Origin: a virus
Length of the DNA: 64,000 nt
Strand: one strand, 5' to 3'
Virus record (IMG/VR): IMGVR_UViG_3300044982_000128
Span: 12,839 to 76,838 of that record
Shown in pieces: positions 9,911 to 18,161 of the stretch (position 1 is the stretch's first letter; the number at the start of each line of letters is the position of its first letter). The position numbers were made by a program, and so were the translations under genes. The notes under the pieces are model-generated. The model was given only the letters and a program-made list of their open reading frames with translations. It had not been told where the DNA came from and made no database searches.

Positions 9911-10130
9911 TAGATGCCTCCACAAAATTAGGGCACTTACAACCGTTTGTGACTGGCGCACCACCAACTTCGCAGTCGTAGCCGAGGCAACGCGTCTTCC
10001 ACGTCTCAGGCGGTCCATAGTTGCTTGGGTCCGAATCATCGACTCGGTGCCAATCTGATGGATGCCCACATCTTGCGCACTTTCGTGCACGCAGTTTCGT
10101 GTTCAAGTCTTGCGGCTCACTTCTGGGTGT
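9890..10130. repeat. 18-nt direct repeat CGGCTCACTTCTGGGTGT (9890-9907 and 10113-10130) flanking one small gene
   Basis: Exact match read in sequence; both copies encode TPRSEP at gene starts. Confidence 0.9.
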
Positions 10131-10136
10131 GCTCAT
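9894..10136 (-). CDS. Small Cys/His zinc-binding protein
   Basis: CARCGH...H...C...C..CKC pattern. Confidence 0.55.
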   Translation of the reverse strand: MSTPRSEPQDLNTKLRARKCARCGHPSDWHRVDDSDPSNYGPPETWKTRCLGYDCEVGGAPVTNGCKCPNFVEASSDTQK

Positions 10137-10509
10137 CCCTGACCTCCGCTGAAAGCTGCTCTGCTAGTCCGTTTGCAGCAGCATAGGCGTCGATCCATCC
10201 GTTCGCCGATTCGAGGATGAAGTAAATTTCCATATTGCCGGTCGTCATGCTGCATCGCAAACGCCATGTTTCGGATTCATCTATGACTGTCAAAATAGGC
10301 TTCAAGTCCCCAAGAACTTCGGCTACGAAGTAGATTCGGAATGGTTGGAATCCATGTCCACAACAAGACGAAATGGTTTCAATTCCAGGTAAGAGATTTA
10401 AGGCATCACAAATGGGGATACACTCAGGGTCCATCCTATTCTCGTACACTACAGCCCTCTTGCTTGTGGGGTTCATCTCTCGGTCTCCCTCCTTTTCCTT
10501 AACGTCCAT
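10117..10509 (-). CDS. Conserved phage hypothetical protein
   Basis: ALN..PGIET.SSCCGHG motif. Confidence 0.55.
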   Translation of the reverse strand: MDVKEKEGDREMNPTSKRAVVYENRMDPECIPICDALNLLPGIETISSCCGHGFQPFRIYFVAEVLGDLKPILTVIDESETWRLRCSMTTGNMEIYFILESANGWIDAYAAANGLAEQLSAEVRDEHTQK

Positions 10510-10764
10510 TTTGGCGTCTCCTTCTCACTGCGATCCTTTCAGTGAATCTCGTCCGACCATCCACGTAAGGTCATGTGGCGCTGCACTTTCATCATGCCGC
10601 CACAGTCAGGCTGTGGGCATTGTCCCGAATCGTCGCCGTCGCCGAGGCAGTCGCCAAAACCACACTCAAAGCCACAAAGTGGGCACTTCATTGGGACTTC
10701 AGTGATTGAGCGCACAGGTTCCGTCATCTCTCTCCTTACACTCCCTACGTCAACCTCGGCGATG

Positions 10765-11343
10765 TCACTGCTGAACAGTTACGGGGATCGTGACGGTCTT
10801 GCTTTCGCCCGGTTGAATAGTGCCTAGGTTGAATGTTTGGGCAGGCGAATCGTCCTGTTCCTGTTTGCAGGAGTACACTTTATCTCCAAACTTCACGAAG
10901 CCGTCCTGCGGGCTGCGCTGACATAGGAATTGATCACTGTCTACATCGAATCCTGCTTCCGGCACAAGCGTATTAATTTCATAGCAGGCAAAGAAGCGAT
11001 TGATCTCAACAGGCACATCGCGGTAAGCACCGTGAGTGAAAGAAATTGCTCGCTCAGGTGATCCAACGGGACATTCCTTACATGAGTATGGGTCATCTTT
11101 GCAGTCGAATGCGTGCTTATGCATCTCGTAGTAGTCATGACGCACGGTGGGATGAGCGCCATTTTGGAATATCACTGGCTTGGGTTTTACAGCCGCTATG
11201 ATCTTCTCAGGTACCGTTGTGGGTTGATCTTCTTGTGTGAGCGGTGCGGCTGGATCAGCAGGCTTACTCACATAGGAACATCCTGCCAACAGCAGGACTG
11301 GAACAAACAATGCTATTTTCATGAATTTCTTCTTCTCGTTCAT
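10765..11343 (-). CDS. Putative lipoprotein
   Basis: KIALFVPVLLLAGC lipobox; several Cys. Confidence 0.6.
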   Translation of the reverse strand: MNEKKKFMKIALFVPVLLLAGCSYVSKPADPAAPLTQEDQPTTVPEKIIAAVKPKPVIFQNGAHPTVRHDYYEMHKHAFDCKDDPYSCKECPVGSPERAISFTHGAYRDVPVEINRFFACYEINTLVPEAGFDVDSDQFLCQRSPQDGFVKFGDKVYSCKQEQDDSPAQTFNLGTIQPGESKTVTIPVTVQQ

Positions 11344-11512
11344 CGCAACCTCGGACTCTCTTTGCAGTACGGCATCAGCCGCAGACACGGACTCGGCTTG
11401 GCCTGCGCCGTCAGAAGCTCTTTCTCTTCCTGCTGGCTCAGGGCGGTGATGTGCTGGACGTCCTGCGGGCGGAATGCCTGGCAGAAGCTACAGCGGGGGA
11501 AGGTCTTTGCGA

Positions 11513-11905
11513 TCACTTGTTCCATGGCTTGAAGTTCCTCAGCAAATCTATCGCTGGCCATTGCCCATCAAACAGCAGGCAGCGGTCATCGATTGAAACG
11601 AATGCGGGTGGTTTTTCTTTCGGAAACGACAAGTGCAGCGGCGTGTCCTCTGGCGGCTTGTTCCCCCGAGAGCGCCACAGTTTTCTCTGCTCGATAAACC
11701 ACCAAGTCATTGCCTCAACACCGCCGTCTTGATGACTACGCGAGGAGAAAATCTGCACATCGAAGTGCTCCTTAGCCGCTTCAAGGAACTCGAATAGGCC
11801 GGGGACGTATTCATCAGGAATGACTGCGGCCCCCTTCCATCCGCTCGTGTACTGATGGCACACACCGTCAAAATCTAGACATAGAATCGGCTTACTATCG
11901 GGCAT
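11513..11905 (-). CDS. HAD-superfamily phosphatase (polynucleotide kinase/phosphatase-like)
   Basis: ILCLDFDGV motif I, IFSSR motif II, KPP..VSIDDR motifs III/IV. Confidence 0.8.
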   Translation of the reverse strand: MPDSKPILCLDFDGVCHQYTSGWKGAAVIPDEYVPGLFEFLEAAKEHFDVQIFSSRSHQDGGVEAMTWWFIEQRKLWRSRGNKPPEDTPLHLSFPKEKPPAFVSIDDRCLLFDGQWPAIDLLRNFKPWNK

Positions 11906-12346
11906 GTTGTTTTTCCTCTGCTTGCCCGGCCTGCAAATTGATCTGTCCATAGGGCCGGAGCACGAGCTTCGTCGGGCTGATATCGACCACAGAAAAATCT
12001 GTGTCTTTGATGGTTACCTTCTCGCCGATGGCAAATACCTTCCAGCCTCGCGCGTATGCCCTCAGCAAGTCCTCATCGTTTGCGGCAGGTTCAAATCTGT
12101 TAGTTTCTGGGTTCATCATGTCGATTGTCCTCCGCAGCCACTCCGCTGCCGGTGATCTTCGCGTAAGCGAATCTGGCAATCTCTTCCGCGTGAGGCACGG
12201 ACGCCTGCACAGAGAAAACGGCGTACATCTTCTCCATGTCGTTGATCTGCCACCATTGAACCCCACCTTCGACAGGATGGGCTAATACGAAACGATTTTC
12301 CATGTTGCTCCTTCACTCACTCGCCACCCAGATCGACAGGCGCGGT

Positions 12347-12586
12347 TTACTGTGGGAAGTTTTGTATGCGGGCCTCCAGCACCGTCACGTACTCCGTGAG
12401 CGCAAAGATTGCGGTGTTCATGATGGCGACCTGCCGAAACAGCCGTCCTTGCTCATCCTGCGGAAGTCCCTTGAATACTGATGCGCCAAAGAAGGCTTCC
12501 AGTTTTGTGGCTCTGTCTCGCGTTGTGCTCAGAAATGTTCCTACCTCTGCTTGCTCGTCAATAACTCTCTGTTGATGTGGTTGCAT
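12347..12586 (-). CDS. crAss001_48-like helical hairpin protein
   Basis: MQPHQQRVIDE...KL.AF...EQ.RL.RQ...Y..VL..RI..F pattern. Confidence 0.7.
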   Translation of the reverse strand: MQPHQQRVIDEQAEVGTFLSTTRDRATKLEAFFGASVFKGLPQDEQGRLFRQVAIMNTAIFALTEYVTVLEARIQNFPQ

Positions 12587-12654
12587 GATTCATCTCCGTT
12601 TGCGACAACTCCGTCGCCGGTTTCCCTGCATCCCGTAAAGGATCGCCAGCCCCG

Positions 12655-12858
12655 CTAAAACACCAAACTGTCGTTCTTGGTGAAGCATTTGAGGCAGCAG
12701 GGTTGCTTGTAGTGCTGGACCCAATCGCCTCGGTCTGTTGGCGTAACATCGGTAGCCTCTATCTCGCAAGTAGCCTTGTCGCCACTGCCACAAAGCTCGC
12801 AGTCTGGCAGCTTCTCGCTGTCATCTTCATCCTCCTATGAGTTCCTTCCCCATCTCAA
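12655..12858 (-). pseudogene. CxxC...CxxC zinc-finger ORF with in-frame TAG at 12835-12837
   Basis: TTG start overlaps the upstream TGA; MRWGRNS*EDEDDSEKLPDCELC...CCLKCFTKNDSLVF*. The Zn-finger part has no start codon of its own ahead of the first CxxC. Confidence 0.4.
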
Positions 12859-12977
12859 CTGCGATCCAGAATCAAGTAAAAGATTGCCAGCCCCGACCCT
12901 GCCACGATGAGCGCGGCTATCCACCAGAAACGATGGCGATATATCCAGATCACAGGTTCTCCTGGCTGCTTGTCGAC

Positions 12978-13112
12978 TTATTTTCCATAAGCTCTCGTTG
13001 TCCTCGTCAGAACTTTATTCACTAATTCGGTAAGAGTCATCTGGCGTAGCGCGGCCAACGCTTTCAACCGCGCCATCAAGTCGTCTGTAATTGGAATCTG
13101 CAACTGCGCCAT
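12978..13112 (-). CDS. 44-aa ribbon-helix-helix (Arc/CopG-like) regulator
   Basis: MAQLQIPITDDLMARLKALAALRQMTLTELVNKVLTRTTRAYGK: beta-strand plus two helices; below the ORF-track size cutoff. Confidence 0.75.
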   Translation of the reverse strand: MAQLQIPITDDLMARLKALAALRQMTLTELVNKVLTRTTRAYGK

Positions 13113-13118
13113 GGATTG

Positions 13119-13147
13119 AAAGTACTATTAGTTCTACTAATAGTCAA
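13119..13147 (-). promoter_or_regulatory. Sigma70 promoter with palindromic operator in the spacer
   Basis: TTGACT-N17-TACTTT; inverted repeat ACTATTAG-N5-CTAATAGT (13124-13144); ATG follows 6 nt after the -10. Confidence 0.75.
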
Positions 13148-13161
13148 TCGGCTACAAAGAT

Positions 13162-13365
13162 TTATTTGCAAGCTCTCGGCTTGACGAATTCCATCATGAT
13201 TCTCCTGGCGTCTTCATATCCGGTCACGTCCGATTCACGGTACATCACCCGCCGGTTCAGCTTGACGTAGGGGCAACCCTTCCCCTGGCTGCGCAGATTG
13301 GCCAGATAGCTGCGGGATGTCGACCATCGCTTCGCGAGTTCATCGGCGGTGAGGAGTCGGTTCAT
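13162..13365 (-). CDS. Excisionase/AlpA-like HTH protein
   Basis: LLTADELAKRW..S..YLANLR..GKG.PYVKL..RVMYR..DV. Confidence 0.8.
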   Translation of the reverse strand: MNRLLTADELAKRWSTSRSYLANLRSQGKGCPYVKLNRRVMYRESDVTGYEDARRIMMEFVKPRACK

Positions 13366-14456
13366 GAAAGAACCTCTGCGAGAATACGGTTGTTGGCTAT
13401 GGCGATGTACTCGTTAGCGTAATCCAAATCTATGCCGATAAAGCTGAAACCTTCTCTCAAAGCCGCTACGCCTGTGCTTCCGCTGCCGCAAAACGGATCA
13501 AGGACCACTCCGCCGGGAGGAGTCACAAGTCGGCACAGATACTGCATCAAGGCCAAGGGCTTTACAGTCGGATGGGTGTTGCCGGGACCGCGCTCGGATT
13601 TGCTGGCTTTAGCGCAATAGAAAAATCGAGCTGCGGAGCCTTGATCCAGACGACGCGCGCCCGGCTTCATTTTGAAACCGACCAAACCTTCGTTGTCAGA
13701 ATCTCGAGATGCTTCTTGCGAGCCTCGTTTCATTGCGCCGTAGCAGTTTTGTGTTTTGCGCTGTTCTGCATTGGTCGAAGCGTCGGCTATTTGGCCGGGA
13801 GCAGAAGGGAAAGCGGAAAGAACTTCATCGCTGCCGTCATGAATCAAATTGGCAGGCCAACGGCCATCCTGTGTTTGACCGTTGTACTCAATCCCGCCTT
13901 CTTCTGGACGCCAATTGCCGCCTGTTTTATTCAAAGTAGCTCCGGGTTTTAGCCTCGTCACGGTGTATGCGTAGCCTTTTGCATCGTTAGCATGGACACG
14001 GCACCCATCGATATTGATCGCTCCGGTTCCCCACTTCAGAACGTTCGATGCAACTGTTTCTTCCAGCGGCTTCCTCGCGACAACAATAGGTTCGTGCGCC
14101 GGTTTGAGAGCGGTTCCCCACCCTTCTCGATCCCCATCCAAGTTATGTGATTTCGGAAAACCGCTTCCGTATAGCCACATAATCTGATCGCGAATTTCAA
14201 ACCCCGCGTCCTCAATTGCGCAACAAATTCGATGGTAAGTTCGCGATCCACCAAACGCGAGTAAATAGCCTCCGGGTTTGAGAACACGAAGGCATTCGCT
14301 CCATATTAGGACGGAGTGCGCGCTTCCGTTCTGGTCCCATGCTTTACCCATAAACCCGATTTCATACGGAGGATCGGTGACAATGGAATCAACAGAGTTC
14401 TCATCCCGTTCCTGCAGCCTCACCAGCGCATCGCCTTTTAAGATCATTCCGGCCAT
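13362..14456 (-). CDS. Site-specific DNA methyltransferase (N4/N6, beta class)
   Basis: IVTDPPY catalytic motif, HPTVKP, VLDPFCGSGSTG SAM-binding motif. Confidence 0.92.
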   Translation of the reverse strand: MAGMILKGDALVRLQERDENSVDSIVTDPPYEIGFMGKAWDQNGSAHSVLIWSECLRVLKPGGYLLAFGGSRTYHRICCAIEDAGFEIRDQIMWLYGSGFPKSHNLDGDREGWGTALKPAHEPIVVARKPLEETVASNVLKWGTGAINIDGCRVHANDAKGYAYTVTRLKPGATLNKTGGNWRPEEGGIEYNGQTQDGRWPANLIHDGSDEVLSAFPSAPGQIADASTNAEQRKTQNCYGAMKRGSQEASRDSDNEGLVGFKMKPGARRLDQGSAARFFYCAKASKSERGPGNTHPTVKPLALMQYLCRLVTPPGGVVLDPFCGSGSTGVAALREGFSFIGIDLDYANEYIAIANNRILAEVLS

Positions 14457-16609
14457 GGCGTGGACCCCCCGATGTAAGTATCGAATTCCTGCCGCAAGTC
14501 CTCAAGCGGCGCTTTGAAATACGCATAGCTCGTGTCCCCGTCCGCCAGACGAGTGCCGAGTTTTTTCTTCTCGAAGCCGGGAGCCATTTGACGGAGAATC
14601 TTTCCGAAGTTCACATCATTGGGCAGGCGGCCCTTGATGTTGCGGTTTCCGACCCAGCGCCGTAAGGCATCTCTCAATCGATTGCTTGGGATCGTATCCG
14701 GCCATTCTCCTCCCCAGTCTCCCCCTGCAATCGTGCCGGCCGAGAGGGTGTCGTACCACCATTGCTGGACAGGTTCCAAGGACGAAATCTTCTGCGAAAC
14801 GAGTCCGGCCGTATTCGGAGCCTGATTGACATCCTGCGTAATCTTGTAATCCATGAGGTAGCGAAGCAGATGGGCTGCACCTCCCTGTTCGTCGAGGCCC
14901 ACGCGCATCTCCGTGAAGTACTGCCTGTCCTGCCTGCGGCCTTCTCCCACCTCGAACACAGCCCAGCGGCGCTCGTCTTCGCTGGCGGGAACCAGCCATT
15001 CCTCGTTGCCGATCACGACTACGCGCGTCAGGTTCCGGACGGTATAGGATTCCTTACCCTTGGGCTCGATTACGTGCTTCGCGCCTGTGACCAGATCCTT
15101 GACCACGCCCTCGCACTCTTTGTCCCCGGACCAGAAAGCTTCGTCCAGAATGAACAGCAAAGAGTATTGAAGGTGAGCTGTGAAATTGCTCACGAGGTAC
15201 CGGCGCCGGGCCGTGGTCATGGCGTGGCCGCCGAGCAGTTTGCTGACGCGCTCGACCAGCGCATTCTTGCCTACGCCCTTCCCGCCGCGGAAGACAATCG
15301 CCACCAGGGGCTTCTCGTATGGCTTCTGAATCAGATGCGCGAACCAGCAGGTCAGCCAGTCCGCCAGGTTCTTGTCCTTGTTGCAGATGTTCTCGAACAG
15401 ATGTTCTTTCCAGCGCTCGACCATCGGGTGATCGGGAGAGTCGGCGGGCTGGACAGAGAATCCGTGCCACATGTTGTACCATTTTTTGTCCACAGTGAGC
15501 CCCGGTTCGAACACTACCCCGTCATAGCTTCTGCGTCCTAACCATTCCATCCACAGTTGTGCCACGGCCTTGCTTTTGTCCCCGATCTGCAATTTGTTCG
15601 CAGCGTTCATGTCGAAGAAGGACTGCTTGTTCATCATGTGAAAGACATACGCTCCGTCGGGGCTCGTAGTCTCCCACAAAATGTTTCCGGTTCCTCCGGA
15701 GAAGACAAAAGCAAAACGCTCGTTGAACTTTCCAAATGGATGATCTTTCGGTGGTTCTGGAACAGGTTCAGGGATCGGCGGGAAGATCGCCTCGGGAGCT
15801 GCAACACCGCTAATCTCTCTTCCATACTTGAACGCATTGCGGACCTTAGCTTCAAGTTCTTCTTGAGACCAAGGGGGCAGGCAGCGCTCGTTCCAGGAAG
15901 CGAGCAACGTGAGCGCTTGATCGGCGTCACAACCTAGGTCTTTCAAATGTAGAGCGACTTTGTAGGTCGCGTCATCACCCCCCTGACCTTCGATGGCAAT
16001 CGGTGCGGTAGAGAGCCAACTTGCAGCTCTCTTAACAGCTCGATTAGGGTCAATATTAGGAAGAGCTTTAACTGAAATCTCATTACGACTACAGGCTTGA
16101 CCGAGGCGCTGCACAAGCCACTCTGGAGCCTCCGCAATGTTCTTCGTGCTCGTTATTTCATATTCTTTGCCATCGATTATCGAACTTGGCCCAAGTACGT
16201 AACCGCCCAACGATCTTGTGTCGAGCCCCGAACCGAGGGTGTCTACTCCTTGTCTTAATGCCTTAAGAACATGGTAGAAGACGTGCTTCCCACCACTTGG
16301 TGTTCGCGTTTCAAAAGTTGGTGGGAAAGTAAACCCATCCATCTCCAATTGGAGAAGACTGAGGTCGCCTCTTTTACCACGTTTAACATCCACATCCACG
16401 ACAAGCAAAGCGCCGTCCGCGCCAAAGCGACTTGTACTTATGCCTACGTTTTTAGATTGACCGTTCCACCAGATCTTAATCTGCTCTGGGTCCGTGGTGG
16501 CTTTATTCGGAAAATCTTTAATAGCTGGCAATTTAGTTCCGACTCCGCATGGGAAAACGAAGAAGCCGCTGTTAGCCAAGCGCAACGCGAATTCGGCTTG
16601 TTTCGTCAT
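14444..16609 (-). CDS. Bifunctional primase-polymerase fused to DUF5906/SF3-type helicase
   Basis: VFPC...KLP, VVDVD, TPSGGKH, DTRSLGGYV Prim-Pol motifs; Walker A GGKGVGKN; ILDE Walker B; SEDERRW. Confidence 0.9.
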   Translation of the reverse strand: MTKQAEFALRLANSGFFVFPCGVGTKLPAIKDFPNKATTDPEQIKIWWNGQSKNVGISTSRFGADGALLVVDVDVKRGKRGDLSLLQLEMDGFTFPPTFETRTPSGGKHVFYHVLKALRQGVDTLGSGLDTRSLGGYVLGPSSIIDGKEYEITSTKNIAEAPEWLVQRLGQACSRNEISVKALPNIDPNRAVKRAASWLSTAPIAIEGQGGDDATYKVALHLKDLGCDADQALTLLASWNERCLPPWSQEELEAKVRNAFKYGREISGVAAPEAIFPPIPEPVPEPPKDHPFGKFNERFAFVFSGGTGNILWETTSPDGAYVFHMMNKQSFFDMNAANKLQIGDKSKAVAQLWMEWLGRRSYDGVVFEPGLTVDKKWYNMWHGFSVQPADSPDHPMVERWKEHLFENICNKDKNLADWLTCWFAHLIQKPYEKPLVAIVFRGGKGVGKNALVERVSKLLGGHAMTTARRRYLVSNFTAHLQYSLLFILDEAFWSGDKECEGVVKDLVTGAKHVIEPKGKESYTVRNLTRVVVIGNEEWLVPASEDERRWAVFEVGEGRRQDRQYFTEMRVGLDEQGGAAHLLRYLMDYKITQDVNQAPNTAGLVSQKISSLEPVQQWWYDTLSAGTIAGGDWGGEWPDTIPSNRLRDALRRWVGNRNIKGRLPNDVNFGKILRQMAPGFEKKKLGTRLADGDTSYAYFKAPLEDLRQEFDTYIGGSTPWPE

Positions 16610-17424
16610 GACATCATCCCAAAGTAAAGCGCGACCTTCAGCAATTCTTCAGGAGAGGCGTTTGTTTTTATCCTATTAGCTCTCCAGGAAATGATTTCGA
16701 CATTACCTTTCACATAGCCTAGCTCCGGAATACGCCTATCGAGAGATGCGCTGTTTGGAGCCAATTTTCCGTCTTTAAATTCGTAGTCAAGAACCGTTCC
16801 AAAAACCGGGCATAAAACCGGTAATTGAATATCCTCTAGAGAAAGGTTACAAGGTATGCCTCTTTGCTTTGCCCTGCCGTAAACACGCTTTAGTATTTTC
16901 GTGGCTCGACCTTTCGGTGTTTTAGACCACAAGCGAAGCCAAGCGCGATTTCCATCGTTGGAAATCTGCTTGTGGGTTTGGTAATACTGTCTATCTTTAC
17001 GTGCCAAGCATATCTTGCACTGTGATCTAAAGCCGCCGGCCTGCTGCTTTCTTACACAAAATTCAGTTAGGGATTTCGTCGTCCCGCACTTGGTACACGT
17101 TTTTTCTTGCATACCAGGTAATAACGCCGTTTTGTCACGTCTTTTTTTCCTACAAGATCGGCATTGCGATCCGGCGTCGATTTTACGGCTCTCGTTTGTG
17201 TAAAATTCAAACACTGGTTTTGTTTCTCTACACATAGGGCAGAGTACAGCCCCATGTACCGCTGGAGACTTTCCTAAAGCTTTATTTTCACGACGCCACT
17301 TTGCACACCAATTCATACATTCCTTACAACGAGATTGCACAGCACCGTTGGCAGTTTTATAAAATTCCCCTAAAGGCTTTATTTCTGCGCAGCGCGAGCA
17401 TCGTTTTGCTTGAGTCTCCGTCAT
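16606..17424 (-). CDS. HNH-type homing endonuclease with three Zn-ribbon repeats
   Basis: C..C...K...EF...CK.C repeats; CPVFG...SLDRRIPELGYVKGNV.IIS..AN..K. Confidence 0.85.
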   Translation of the reverse strand: MTETQAKRCSRCAEIKPLGEFYKTANGAVQSRCKECMNWCAKWRRENKALGKSPAVHGAVLCPMCRETKPVFEFYTNESRKIDAGSQCRSCRKKRRDKTALLPGMQEKTCTKCGTTKSLTEFCVRKQQAGGFRSQCKICLARKDRQYYQTHKQISNDGNRAWLRLWSKTPKGRATKILKRVYGRAKQRGIPCNLSLEDIQLPVLCPVFGTVLDYEFKDGKLAPNSASLDRRIPELGYVKGNVEIISWRANRIKTNASPEELLKVALYFGMMS

Positions 17425-17804
17425 CTTTCTTTCCAGGGCTGGCCCGGTGATTCGTGCGCGGCCTGCGCTCTGAAGTGCGCTTTCTCGTGGGATGAAAACA
17501 GGTACTCGATCACTGCGTAATTCGCAGCATCGAGGCAGTTTTCAGTGTTGCCGGACTCTTTGTACATCGCCATGCGCTTCTTCACACCCTCTGCGGCATT
17601 CGCGCTGTCTGGGAACTTGTCGCTCATGTTCCCGTACTTGAAATGGCTCATGGCCATGCGATTCACCATCAGTTGCAAGGCGTCGAGATAGTCCTTGAGT
17701 TCAGACTCTTCGTCGATCACCTGGTCCGGAATGTCGATGGTGAATTTCACGCGAACGGGCCTTTCTTCGGGTCCGGTTTGATCTTCTCCCCGCACTTGCT
17801 GCAC
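17421..17804 (-). CDS. Conserved phage hypothetical protein
   Basis: M.NRMAMSHFKYG...GNTE..LDAANYA.IE; start uncertain. Confidence 0.55.
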   Translation of the reverse strand: MQQVRGEDQTGPEERPVRVKFTIDIPDQVIDEESELKDYLDALQLMVNRMAMSHFKYGNMSDKFPDSANAAEGVKKRMAMYKESGNTENCLDAANYAVIEYLFSSHEKAHFRAQAAHESPGQPWKER

Positions 17805-18161
17805 CGGACTTCGCGCTCTTCGAAGTCAAACAGAATGCGCTCGCCCTCGTCGATGTTACGGGTGCAGGAGACGCATTCGGATTTGTATTTGGCGGTTATC
17901 CAGTTCACGTGGCCCTCTCTTTCTCGATCTTCGCCTTCGTCACCTGATATTGCTCTTTGTTCCAAATGAGCAGACACAAATGAAGCTCGTTGTTCATAAC
18001 CGCGCCGATCACATTGCCTGCAACGCCGATGGTAATGTCAGTATCCTTGCCTTTGTGGACTGCGTTCATGTGGCGCAGGTTTTCTGAAGTTGCAAGACGA
18101 ATATCGAGGTTGTCATCGCACATCCGTTTCAATACATCAAAAGAACTGATCTTGGTTTCAC

